DNA from: Histomonas meleagridis 2922-C6/04-290x
Taxonomy: Eukaryota > Protista > Parabasalia
NCBI GenBank assembly: GCA_020184695.1
Contig: JAANOX010000102.1
Span: forward strand, 1-64,000
Direction: 5' to 3'
DNA: 64,000 nucleotides
Part shown: in pieces, positions 53,329 to 64,000 of the stretch
Position numbering within the stretch: position 1 is the first letter of the stretch
Layout: every line of letters starts with the position of its first letter
Program-made: the position numbers and the translations under genes
The notes under the pieces: generated by a model
The model's database searches: none
Seen by the model: the letters and a program-made list of their open reading frames with translations, nothing else
What the model was told of the DNA's origin: nothing

Positions 53329-54033
53329 TTATGTAGTTGTTGTGTTACTGGTGGATATGCTAAACCACCCTTCTGCTTGTTTTTTAACAGCTCCTGGACT
53401 TATGATTTCTACCACAATAATAGCAATAACAGCAAGTAAGACCAGAAGAGCAAGAATTCGGACACACTTGTCTCCTGCTGCTCTAGTTATCATCACTTTC
53501 ATGATTTTCTTGGCACGGTATAATTCACTGTCCATTTCATTTAATTCTTGTGAGGTCTTTTCAAGGACTTCTTTTTGTCTTCCAATCTCAACGAGCGTGT
53601 CTCCTCCTACTTGTTTAGCTTCTTCAATTGTTCTCAATGAGTTATCTAAAGATGTTTTTTGTTGATTCTGTAATTCAAGTGATTTTCCCATCAAATCTTT
53701 TGTTGTAGCGCCTTGCCCACGGGCCTTTTCCTCGTTTTGTGCTCGTGATTCAGCATTACGTAATTGTTCTTCATATTGTGTAACAATTCTATTATGTTCT
53801 TCATATTTGGCTCTGTACTCTTCTTGTGTGCTTTCATCATCAATGTCAAACAGTTCCATTTGGATTGAAGATACATAATCTTTTGCACGCCTTATCTTTT
53901 CACTTATTTCAAGTAATACACCACGTCTTTGAGGACCTTCGGTACCAGGCAGTTGGTCAAACGCGGAAGAAATTCCTTTTTCGATGGATATAACTTGCTG
54001 GATATAGCTATTGATATCTGTTAAATCAGTCAT
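53329..54033 (-). CDS. Qb-SNARE, NPSN-like
   Basis: Helical N-terminal domain, SNARE heptads (...EIGRQKEVL...), and DKCVRILALLVLLAVIAIIVVEII resembling NPSN DKCI..LFLIV.GVIAII. Confidence 0.7.
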   Translation of the reverse strand: MTDLTDINSYIQQVISIEKGISSAFDQLPGTEGPQRRGVLLEISEKIRRAKDYVSSIQMELFDIDDESTQEEYRAKYEEHNRIVTQYEEQLRNAESRAQNEEKARGQGATTKDLMGKSLELQNQQKTSLDNSLRTIEEAKQVGGDTLVEIGRQKEVLEKTSQELNEMDSELYRAKKIMKVMITRAAGDKCVRILALLVLLAVIAIIVVEIISPGAVKKQAEGWFSISTSNTTTT

Positions 54034-54931
54034 TATACTTTAAATTCTAAGAAGTTTTTAAGTTAATTTTGGGGTTTCGGTATAACTTTTTGAGTGAAAA
54101 CGGTGTAACGATAGTTTTTTTCAAACGAAAAATTGCTCCTTATGTAAAATCAGGAAATATAAAGATTTAATCATATTGCGCATATGGTGAACAAATTATT
54201 TTTAGAAAGAGTGCTAATGGTGTTGAATTCATCAGAAATTAATTTTAATAATGTCATGTTAGATTAATGTCATTTTATGGAGTATATAAAATATTTTGAT
54301 ATTGTATAAAGAATAATTTGGATCTTTTTTTAAGAATTAAGGAATGAGTAAAATAAATAAGATAGTAAGCTTACCTGGTAAACTTAGGCCTTTTCTCAGG
54401 AAATTTCATTCACAATGAGATAATGAAATTTCAAAAAATTGGATAGTGTTTAATATATATACTAAAAATTTATATGAAATAACATCAGATTTCATTTGCT
54501 ATATATCTAAATATTATAAGTCTTATGCTCTCAATTTATAACAATATTGAAATAAATATTCTTATCAGCTTCATTAGAACCATTTAAGAATTTTAGAATA
54601 TTTATTTGTAATATTTTTCCTTTCCCTATATCCAAAATTATGTGGGGAAATTGCACGTTACGAGACCGTTTATTTTGTCAACACTTCCCTTTTTTAGCAA
54701 AACATATTAATAATGCCTATATAATAAAAGTAGTATTAGCAAATTATGAATCACTAGCCATAACGCATGTCCGATAATTTTTTTCTCTTCTTATAGATGT
54801 ATAATTTTCCACTTTACATAACTTATATCATTCCAGCCTGTGTCGCAAAGTTTGACAAAAGCGCTTTTGGCACCATAATAAAAAATGAAATAAACGATTA
54901 TACAGAACACAATATGAAGTTATAAAATTTA

Positions 54932-55960
54932 ATGAATAGTGTTTCAAGTTTTGACGAAGATAACTCCATCAAATCTAAAACTAATGAAAGAGCTAGTAAA
55001 AGAAACAAATCAAGAAGAGAAAATATGGAAACAAAAGATCATAATTTTAACATGGATTTACTTATAGAACTTGAAAGAATTATATTTAATTTGAATGAAG
55101 AAAATCTTGAATCATCAATAGAACAAACGATGAATTTATTTGATATGAATTATCCACTCTCATTAAATTTTACCATATTAAACTTAGTTTACTATTCATT
55201 TTGTACACATAAAAACATAAGTGATATATATTTAAAATATTTGATAAAAGTTCAAACAAAAGAAAAAGAAATCAATGAGAATAGTCCAAACATCATTGAA
55301 AATTTTAGTGATCATATGTCTAAAATTAGAACACAAGAATCTTTGTTTTTACCTGAGAAAATGATTGAACAAAATTTAATTAATTCAAATATTATACATA
55401 ATATTCGTTCCTGATGGCAGAGGAAATTTTTTTGGACGGTATTCATGGGAAGTTCATTCACATTACATTCCATATAATTATAAAGAACTTTCAAAGAATA
55501 ATTTTGAACTTCATAAGCAATTGATTAAAGCGGGAGTTAATCCAAATGAAATTGCAAAAACAATTCGAAATGACGAAACATAGAAAAACTTCAAGAAATG
55601 TCATCACAAAATGATTTTAATTTTAACCAAGAAATTGAACCATCACTTTATGAAAGATGTTCATATGTTAATCAAAGAAATGTTTTCTTAATTGATTATG
55701 CAGCATTTTTTTCTTCTGTTAAATGTTTTAAATATTTACTTATGAATGGTGCAAAAATAAATAATACGGGTGCATATGCAGTTGCAGGTGGAAATCTTGA
55801 AATTTCATTCATTCATTAATGTGAACAAAATAATGCATCGTTTAACAGTGCATTTAAAACAGCAATAGAATTCCACCAAAATGATATCTTTAAATATATT
55901 TATGAAAAAAAGTTAGAAAAACTTTGGGAACATTATGATAAATTTCAGAAAAAGACCTTT
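54932..55960 (+). pseudogene. Trichomonad DUF3447/ankyrin-family pseudogene
   Basis: Fragments HKQLIKAGVNPNEIAKTIRND / LQEMSSQNDFNFNQEIEPSLYE...LIDYAAFFSSVKCFKYLLMN...AVAGGNLEI / LCEQ...AIEFHQNDIFKYI; several frameshifts and no ankyrin array afterwards. Confidence 0.75.
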
Positions 55961-56863
55961 TAAAAAATTTTCAGTAAGTTATAACTAACTTTAATCATGA
56001 AAATAATTTTCTTTTGCAAATTAACTAAAGTTATTTATATGATTTTTAAGTTTGAAATCAAATAATCAAATATTATTTTGATATTTTTTAGAGAACGTAA
56101 GACATAATAGGTAGTATTAAGTTGCTTGATTGCCTCCTTTAAAATTAATATTGATATATCAATATTCCTATAATGACAATTTTAAATTTTTATATCCACA
56201 TATGTTATGAACGGAAAACATTTGATATTATTCAATTTTTACGTAAAGTATTTAAATAGTCTATATGCTTTGAACATTGAATGGGAAGTCAATTCATTCT
56301 CAAAAACCACAATTTTTGAGATCAAATCATTGAAAATGTGCATGGCATTAATAAATTTATATTAGTCTTTACTTTTTTTATTAAATTTTCGTTGGTTTAT
56401 TTTTTATTGAGTATTTCATGAAATTATTCTCTTTTTATTTCTTCATTTTAACGATGATGAGAATTTTTTGTTATAATAACAAATATCAAATGGAAATCGA
56501 TTTTACATTCTATTCCGATACAAACATTTTATTTTCAAATAAATTTTTTTTTATCTTTCCGATAATTATAAGAAAATTAATATTATATGTTAATTCAAAT
56601 GTTCGTTATTTATATGATTTAGTAACATATTGCAGAAAAATATTATTAATTGATATACAGAAAAATGAATATTTCCTCCTTTACTTTTCATTAATTTTTT
56701 TTTTTTTTACTTTTTACACAGAAATCTTAAATTTTGTTGTTTTATCGACATATCAATTTCAATAAATTTATTATTTTCTTATAAGATATTAAAATTTTTT
56801 AGAAAACTTCAATTAATATATCATCATATAATAGAAAAAACAAATATTAAATTTATTTTTTTA

Positions 56864-58465
56864 TTGATATTTCTTTTCTTTTTTTCTTATTCTATGCAAA
56901 CATTTGATGAAGAAACATTAACACTAACAATATTTAATTCAACTGATTTTACAAATGATTACAAATACATTACAAATTGTGTTATCATTTCAAATGGTAT
57001 TACTGAGATACCAGATTATGCTTTTTCTGAATGGAAATCAATGATTAGTGTTTCGATTGCAGATTCAGTTACTTCAATTGGATCATTCGCATTTCAATTC
57101 TGTCATTCATTAAAGAGTGTAACAATTAAAAGTCCTCTTACAACAATAGGACAAAATATATTTTTTGAATGTTTGAATCTTGAAACAGTATTTTTTGAAG
57201 AAGGTGTTCAATCAATTGGTAGTTTTATGTTTCAAAATTGTTATAATCTTAAAGATGTTACAATTCCAAGTACAGTTTCTTCAATATCATCAAATCCATT
57301 TCTTCGCTGTAAAAGTCTTCAATTCATAAAAATTTCCAAAGAAAATTTATATTTCTCTAATTATGAAAATGATGGCGTTTTATATGATATAGGAATTAAA
57401 ACACTCATTAGTTATCCAATTGGAAATAACAGTGAAACATTCAAAATTCCAAATTCAGTGACTTCAATTGAATCACATGCATTTGATTCATGCAATTATT
57501 TACTATCACTATCATTTGGAAATAATGTAAATACAATAAAAAATTCTGCATTCATTAGTTGTTCATTTATAAGTTTCATAATCCCAAATTCCATTACGGT
57601 TATTCAATCGTTTGTTTTTTATTTATGTAAAAATTTAATTACAATTATCATTGGTAAAAATGTTAAAAATATCGGAAATTATGCATTTTCAGGTTGTGCA
57701 TCACTGAAATGTATTTATTTTTATGGCGAGACTTCACCAACAATTGGAAATAATTGTTTTAATAATGTTTTAGCAACAACAATTATGGTAAATGAAACAT
57801 ATCAAGATGAAACATTTGGAGAATTAGATATAACCAAAGGAATAGTTGATGAATGTCTTCCTCCAACATTAACATTCACAAAAAGTAATACATTTACTGA
57901 ATCAAATTTATTTACGAAATCAAATTCTTTTACAATTTCAAATACATTTACTAAATCAAAAACATTCACTAATTCAAATATAGTTTCATATGATTCATAT
58001 TCATATATATCACATTCTATTATTTTAACAAATATTTTATCTATAACAAAAACTTTTTCGTTGTATAAATCATTTATAACAAATTCTTTCATTATTTCAT
58101 ATTTTCATTCTTCATTTACTTATTCTATAACAAAATTTATGTCTTATCAATTTATTTATATTATTTATTCAACTTATTATCAAATTTATAGTAATTTCTT
58201 TGTTTTAATATATACTAATAACAATACAAATATTAATAATCAAAATAAAATATCAACAAAAGTTCTCATTTGTATCATATGCTGTTCAGTTGCAATAATT
58301 CTTTTAATCGTTGGAATTATAATTTATTTAATTAAAAGAAACCATAAAAACATTTCAAAATCATCAAAAGATATCTCAATGAATAATGAAACGAATGAAC
58401 AAATTGAAATTATTGATGAAAAATTCAAAAATCATCTAACAAATGAAGATGATCAATGGATATAA
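56864..58465 (+). CDS. BspA-like LRR surface protein with TFTKSN-repeat stalk and TM helix
   Basis: IGSFAFQFCHSLKSVTI repeats, NDGVLYD insert, hexapeptide repeats at 57871-57979, TM VLICIICCSVAIILLIVGIIIYLI. The start reads TTG (ATTG), possibly ATG with an inserted T. Confidence 0.88.
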   Translation: MIFLFFFSYSMQTFDEETLTLTIFNSTDFTNDYKYITNCVIISNGITEIPDYAFSEWKSMISVSIADSVTSIGSFAFQFCHSLKSVTIKSPLTTIGQNIFFECLNLETVFFEEGVQSIGSFMFQNCYNLKDVTIPSTVSSISSNPFLRCKSLQFIKISKENLYFSNYENDGVLYDIGIKTLISYPIGNNSETFKIPNSVTSIESHAFDSCNYLLSLSFGNNVNTIKNSAFISCSFISFIIPNSITVIQSFVFYLCKNLITIIIGKNVKNIGNYAFSGCASLKCIYFYGETSPTIGNNCFNNVLATTIMVNETYQDETFGELDITKGIVDECLPPTLTFTKSNTFTESNLFTKSNSFTISNTFTKSKTFTNSNIVSYDSYSYISHSIILTNILSITKTFSLYKSFITNSFIISYFHSSFTYSITKFMSYQFIYIIYSTYYQIYSNFFVLIYTNNNTNINNQNKISTKVLICIICCSVAIILLIVGIIIYLIKRNHKNISKSSKDISMNNETNEQIEIIDEKFKNHLTNEDDQWI

Positions 58466-58891
58466 ATATTTTCTTATCCCAAAGATCTTAAAGGTAGAAT
58501 AAAATGAAAAATTCATTACCATCAGAGAAACATATTTCAAATTTTATGAAATATGTTATTTCGTTCAAGAATTTCAAAAATTAATAAATTTTATTTTACC
58601 TTCTTAATATTTTTGAATAAAACCATAATTAATGGTCCGATTTGACGTTATTTCACTTTAAATTTTGAGAACCAAAAATAATTATAAATTATAGTAATTT
58701 TCTTCAGACATAAATTTCTCTAATTTTTTGAAAAACCTGTTGTACGTTAATTGGTCACTGGAATTTGAATCACTGCCCATAGAATTGAATATTTTTTATT
58801 AACGTTTGTGGCATTCAATTTAATACGTTAAGGGCTGTTTTGTAATCACTTTTTGTGATTTGAAAACTTTACTGTTTTTGACAAAATTTTC

Positions 58892-59827
58892 ATGGCTGAA
58901 CTTGACTTAGACAAAATCATTTCCTCCATTCGCCAAGGCAATTCGATCAGTGAAGTAGAGCTAACATCTCTATTTCTGAAGCTAAAAGAAGTTTTATACA
59001 CGGAAAGTAATGTTCTCGAATTATCATCACCAATCAATATTTGCGGTGATATTCATGGGCAACTTTATGACCTTTTTGAATTATTTAAAACTGCTGGAGA
59101 TGGTGACGAATCTATTGGTTCTCAAAAATTCCTTTTTTTAGGCGATTATGTTGATCGAGGTCGTTTTTCAATAGAAACATTTGCGTACCTTGCTGCACAC
59201 AAGCTTAGGTATCCTAATCAATTTTATCTTCTCCGTGGTAATCATGAATGTCGACAGGTCAATCAAATGTATGGATTTTATCAAGAATCCGTTCATTATT
59301 TTGGCCACTCAGGTATATGGGACTTAATGAATGATGTTTTTGATCTTTTGCCAATGGCTGCGCTAATTGATAATTGCGTATTTGCTGTTCATGGAGGACT
59401 TTCACCTAGTATTACACTAATCCAAAGCATTTCTCTTCAGAACCGTAAAGGAGAACTCCCAAGTAAAGGTCCACTTTGCGATCTTTGTTGGAGTGATCCA
59501 GAAATGATTAATCGCTGGGCCGACAACCAACGTGGTGCAGGTTACGTATTCGGTGAGCCACAAGTTGATGAGTTCTGCCATAATAATGGACTAAAAGTGG
59601 TACTCAGATCTCATCAACTCGCAATGAACGGTTACCAAGAGTTCTTCAACAAGAAACTTATCACTGTTTGGAGCGCGCCAAACTATTGCTATAGGTCGGG
59701 AAATAAGGCGTCAATTATGGTTTACGATAAGAATCAGACTGATTACGTATATAAAGTCTTCGAGCCATGTCCAAATGAATTAAGGAAAATACCAAACGAT
59801 CCACCACCTCCATCATACTTCTTATAG
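58892..59827 (+). CDS. PP2A-family Ser/Thr phosphatase catalytic subunit (PP4/PP6-like)
   Basis: GDIHG, GDYVDRG, RGNHE, SAPNYCY and a C-terminal YFL. Confidence 0.93.
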   Translation: MAELDLDKIISSIRQGNSISEVELTSLFLKLKEVLYTESNVLELSSPINICGDIHGQLYDLFELFKTAGDGDESIGSQKFLFLGDYVDRGRFSIETFAYLAAHKLRYPNQFYLLRGNHECRQVNQMYGFYQESVHYFGHSGIWDLMNDVFDLLPMAALIDNCVFAVHGGLSPSITLIQSISLQNRKGELPSKGPLCDLCWSDPEMINRWADNQRGAGYVFGEPQVDEFCHNNGLKVVLRSHQLAMNGYQEFFNKKLITVWSAPNYCYRSGNKASIMVYDKNQTDYVYKVFEPCPNELRKIPNDPPPPSYFL

Positions 59828-59982
59828 AATAAAAAGTTCTATTGGATTGAATTACAATATGAAAAATTGAAAGAAAAAAAATTTTTTTTATGCAATGCAC
59901 AACAAATCATTAAGCAAACAAAAAATATGAGGAAGTAGAAGAAAAACTTATGACTTGCTCATCGCGGAAAAAATATCAAAAA

Positions 59983-60056
59983 AGCCACCGGCGGGACTCG
60001 AACCCGCAACCCCAAGATTAAGAGTCTTATGCTCTAGCCGATTGAGCTACGATGGC
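59983..60056 (-). tRNA. tRNA-Lys(CUU)
   Basis: GCCATCG...GCTC/GAGC D arm, TAAGA-CTCTTAA-TCTTG anticodon arm, GCGGG-TTCGAGT-CCCGC T arm, CGGTGGC, then a T-run. Confidence 0.95.
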
Positions 60057-60293
60057 AACCTGTCTTTTTTCGAAGCAGCATTTGGAAATCATATTAAAAT
60101 AAATGGAAATCTTCGAATTTGAGAAATTATATTATATAATTATATTTTGGACTTGGGATATTTCCTCTAACAGTGTTTCTCTGGAAGATTTTCTCGCGTG
60201 TACTTCATCTATTCTTAATTTGTTTTAATCTGGTTTTGTTATTTTAACTTTTTAATAAAAAATTCACTTTTTCTTGGTATATTAAACGTTCAA

Positions 60294-60860
60294 ATGATGT
60301 TTCTTCTCTTGTCTCTTTGCTTTGCCAAAGATCCAAAGATAACAAGTACTGTCTACTTTGATATCGAAATTGGTGGCGAGAAAGCAGGTCGAATCGAAAT
60401 CGGTCTTTTTGGTGATGTTGTTCCTAAAACAACAGAAAACTTCCGTCATCTTTGCTTATGTGACAAAGGAGTCGGCAAAAAAACAGGAAAGCCATTATGT
60501 TACAAGGGCACTCCATTCCATAGAATCATTCCAAAGTTCATGAATCAAGGTGGTGATTTCTCACATAAAAATGGAATGGGTGGTGAATCCATCTATGGTG
60601 GAAGCTTCGAAGATGAAAACTTTAAGCTTAAGCATGAAGGACCAGGATATATTTCAATGGCTAATGCTGGACCAAATACAAATGGAAGTCAATTCTTTAT
60701 TACAACTGTCAAAACACCATGGCTTGATGGTCACCATGTTGTCTTCGGAAAGGTAATCAAAGGAATGGATGTTGTTAAGGCAATTGAAGCTGTTGGCACT
60801 GGATCAGGAACACCAACTAAAACAGTTATCATCGCAGACTGCGGTGAAATTGAGCAGTAA
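60294..60860 (+). CDS. Cyclophilin-type PPIase with signal peptide (cyclophilin B-like)
   Basis: [55 protein letters not shown]. Confidence 0.95.
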   Translation: MMFLLLSLCFAKDPKITSTVYFDIEIGGEKAGRIEIGLFGDVVPKTTENFRHLCLCDKGVGKKTGKPLCYKGTPFHRIIPKFMNQGGDFSHKNGMGGESIYGGSFEDENFKLKHEGPGYISMANAGPNTNGSQFFITTVKTPWLDGHHVVFGKVIKGMDVVKAIEAVGTGSGTPTKTVIIADCGEIEQ

Positions 60861-61588
60861 ATTAATGCACACAACTTTCTTCTTGTTATTATGTATTTAT
60901 TTTCGAATGTGTGAACTAAAACTGATATTTCATATTATTAATAATATACCAAATGTAAAACACACATGCGAAAAGTACATTTTAATACATTTTTATCTTT
61001 TATAGATTTTATGGTTTTACAAATATTTACACTTTGGTTCTAATTACAAAAAACTTAATTAATTTGTTATAACTAATCAAAAAAAATTTAATATCCTTAA
61101 TCTTCAATTTCTTTTTTTATCATTATATTCATTGGGTGCGATAAAGATTATTAAATATATAACTTCAGTCTTGAATATACATCATTTTATTGTATGGCTA
61201 ACTTAACAAATTCCATAAATATTAAGATACATTATTTTATGCCATTAGATCTCTTGAATCAACTTTCAGTCAAAATGAGTATATGATTATAATTTCATAA
61301 TGAAAAATGGATATTAATGTTCACATTATAAATGTAATTTTTAAATATAGTATTTTAGCTCTCTAATTCTACTCGAGAAATTTTGTGTACTATATCTTTA
61401 TTATCTTTCTTTATCACTTCGTTAAAGTATTTTTTTTGTGACGCTATACATAATGAGCCAAAATTTAAATGCAATTTCGCACACAGAAACACCTAAAGTC
61501 CTTCTTGTTGAAGGAGTGATTAATATTAATTTTTACCACATTTTAATTTTTGTTTCGTTATTTATCTTTCGATAATTTCGTGCTTAAA

Positions 61589-62083
61589 TATGACTTTTAC
61601 ACATTCATGTACAAATACAACTTTTACACATTCATATACATATACAACTTTTACACATTCATGTACAAATACAACCTTTACACATTAATGCACAAATACA
61701 ACTTTTACACATTCATGTACATATACAACTTTTACACATTCATGTACATATACAACTTTTACACATTCATATACATATACAACTTTTACACATTCATGTA
61801 CATATACAACTTTTACACATTCATATACATATACAACTTTTACACATTCATATACATATACAACTTTTACACATTCATGTACATATACAACTTTTACACA
61901 TTCATGTACATATACAACTTTTACACATTCATATACATATACAACTTTTACACATTCATGTACATATACAACTTTTACACATTCATATACATATACAACT
62001 TTTACACATTCATGTACATATACAACTTTTACACATTCATGTACATATACAACTTTTACACATTCATGTACATATACGACTTT
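61589..62083. repeat. Minisatellite, 18 x 27 bp plus a partial unit
   Basis: Unit TACAACTTTTACACATTCAT(G/A)TACATA, with starts every 27 nt from 61589 to 62075. Confidence 0.97.
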
Positions 62084-62161
62084 CTTCGTTTACATTCAAA
62101 TCTAAAATTTCATTTTCGCAATAATTTATTTATTATCACCCAATTCTATGTTACACACATA

Positions 62162-63160
62162 TCACTGTATAGTGCATACAGAGCTTCCGATGTCCTTTGT
62201 CTTATAGAACACCGGACACTTCCCGTCCTCGTTCACGTTCCTTATGTCTATTCCCGATATCTTCTTCAGGTCTCTTCGCTTCAGTTTGTCCCAGTCGAAG
62301 CACTTGCGGTCCTTCTTCACCACTGCGATCGCCTCCTCAAGCAGATGGTACATCAGCTCATAGTCCGGCTTAGAGTAAAAGTCGAGCGTTTTGATGTGTT
62401 CGTAGATTTGGATCATTTGCTCTGGTAATCCTTTGCACAAAAATGCGCCGCTGGTGTTTTTCTTGGCGATCTTGACCTTCTCGCGATCCTTGGAACTACT
62501 CCATGGAAGTCCTTTGGTCATATCGACCATAGTATAGAACCATGAGATGAGATCGTCTTTAAGGATTTGTTCACCACCTGCTAAGGCATTAATGGACGCA
62601 TAACGTGAGGTCCCAACAAAGCCTGGATGATCCCGTGGTGGTAATATTCGCCCTGTTTTCCCATCAACGTATGATCGGGAAAGTCCAAAATCTATTAAAC
62701 AAATCGGATACTCAAAATTAGGGCGGAGAAGAAAGTTGCCTGGCTTGATGTCACGATGTGCAAAACCTCGACGATGTAACTCTTCAATGCATTTTAACAT
62801 ATGATATCCTGCATAAAATGTTGAATATTTGGAAAATCTTTGACGTGGAAGTATGGCTTTGAGATTAGCAAATGACGGTCCAAGGATTTCCATGATAATA
62901 TACCGATATTTATCTGTTTCAGCAGTTTTATAAACTTGAGGAAAATATAATGAGTTCTGAAGACATGCCGAAAAACGGATCTCATATTTTAGACCACGAC
63001 CTTTAACATCTGACCTTTCAATTTTCATTGCATAAAAATTATGATCTTCAGAATTTTGGACTATGAAGATATTTCCATAACCCCCATGACCAATCTTGCG
63101 TAGAAGCCTGAAATTGTCAATCTTACATCCTCGCTTAAGCTCTGGCTGATCGACTGACAT
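62162..63160 (-). CDS. CK1/TTBK-family protein kinase
   Basis: IGHGGYG, YAMKIE, HRDIKPGNF, IDFGLS, FVGTSRYASIN, DDLISWFY, KPDY. Confidence 0.92.
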   Translation of the reverse strand: MSVDQPELKRGCKIDNFRLLRKIGHGGYGNIFIVQNSEDHNFYAMKIERSDVKGRGLKYEIRFSACLQNSLYFPQVYKTAETDKYRYIIMEILGPSFANLKAILPRQRFSKYSTFYAGYHMLKCIEELHRRGFAHRDIKPGNFLLRPNFEYPICLIDFGLSRSYVDGKTGRILPPRDHPGFVGTSRYASINALAGGEQILKDDLISWFYTMVDMTKGLPWSSSKDREKVKIAKKNTSGAFLCKGLPEQMIQIYEHIKTLDFYSKPDYELMYHLLEEAIAVVKKDRKCFDWDKLKRRDLKKISGIDIRNVNEDGKCPVFYKTKDIGSSVCTIQ

Positions 63161-63814
63161 TGGCTTTATAATTCGAAATTTTTTGAATACGAAATAATCG
63201 TGCGTAGGTTCGGCTTGTGAAAAACATCACGATTTTTGAATTGCTCAAAAACCGTCAGAATGAATAATCATTTTTTGAGATGTTTATAACAAAATTTTGT
63301 TCGTGAAACGAAATTTTTCAAATGAGTTTATCTCTGTAAAAAATAAATGATTATAAAAATTTAATCAGCACATCGATGAAACTTAAATTTTATTGTAAGT
63401 GGATAATCATTTAATTGATAATTTTCACATAATGATGAATTATTTGGGTTTTGATGGAAAAAAAAGCGATACACTTTTTCTAAAACTGTATGATTTGAAT
63501 GGTTGTAAAACGCTTGTTGGAGGGACCTGATTGTCTTTTTATTATGACCTCACAATTTGGAGTTTCTAAAGATTCGTTTATTCAGAGACAAACATAAAAT
63601 TTCAATCTTTCGAATCCAAAAGAGAGAATTTTATTTTAGGCTTAGATGCCGATGTCAAAGCAGTACAGAAAATTCAATAAAAAAAAGCAACAATTTCTAA
63701 TAACATTTTAGCGTTAATCAAAACAACTCAAATACTCAAAAACACCAATGATTTTAATACACAAATTTATTTATTCATATACATATATATAAACAATTAA
63801 AAATTAAATTATCC

Positions 63815-64000
63815 TTATTCGAAATCGAAAAAAATAGCCAAATGTAAAAGCCCACGAATTATATAGAAGTAAGTCACACTCAATAAGAAAATTCTTTCAT
63901 TTCCATCAATCGGATGCTTTGAAAATTCAAAGTCATCGTTCATGTGAAAAAGTTTCATCGTTCCAAATTCAGAACATTCGAAATAAATTTGTTTAATAAA
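63815..64000 (-). CDS. Possible 3' end of a gene entering from beyond the window
   Basis: 62 codons open from the window edge to the TAA at 63815-63817; no motif recognised. Confidence 0.3.
   Translation of the reverse strand, partial: FIKQIYFECSEFGTMKLFHMNDDFEFSKHPIDGNERIFLLSVTYFYIIRGLLHLAIFFDFE

Noticed and set aside
27123-59827. TOR + SAPS + PP6-like phosphatase as a functional gene cluster
   Set aside because: They are spread over 30 kb among unrelated genes, and these families are expanded in parabasalids, so chance proximity is likely.
61550-62428. 292-aa plus-strand ORF (YNFYTFMYI repeats) as a real CDS
   Set aside because: It is the read-through of a 27-bp minisatellite, starts at TTG and overlaps CK1 antisense.
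8842-62985. Numerous 60-145-aa antisense or nested ORFs in the track
   Set aside because: They overlap well-supported genes in other frames and have no motifs.

Overview
AT-rich, intronless eukaryotic DNA using the standard genetic code. The gene families (BspA leucine-rich repeats, an IBP39-type initiator-binding domain, DUF3447-type ankyrin genes, Inr-like TCAYT motifs) point to a parabasalid (trichomonad, Tritrichomonas or Histomonas-like). Bases 1-~3.7 kb look like the end of an endogenous Maverick/Polinton-like DNA virus: a major-capsid-like gene running off the window (missed by the ORF track), three divergent paralogous small genes starting with an adenovirus-pVI-like amphipathic helix, and a cluster of GC-rich hairpins. 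The rest is host genes: talin-like, importin-beta-like, two BspA, TOR, Rab6, SAPS, IBD, CTL transporter, RPS24, EFR3-like, NPSN SNARE, PP2A-family phosphatase, cyclophilin and CK1. It also holds tRNA-Gln and tRNA-Lys, a dead mariner with intact ends, a decayed bacterial alpha/beta hydrolase and two minisatellites. The most striking feature is 44347-46551, where a divergent COG2403 (ArcE/cDPG-synthetase-like) P-loop domain is fused to a NucC-like nuclease with an intact catalytic motif. A second, Walker-A-less COG2403 paralog lies at 13942-15300. All family calls come from motif recognition and recalled reference sequences; no database search was run.
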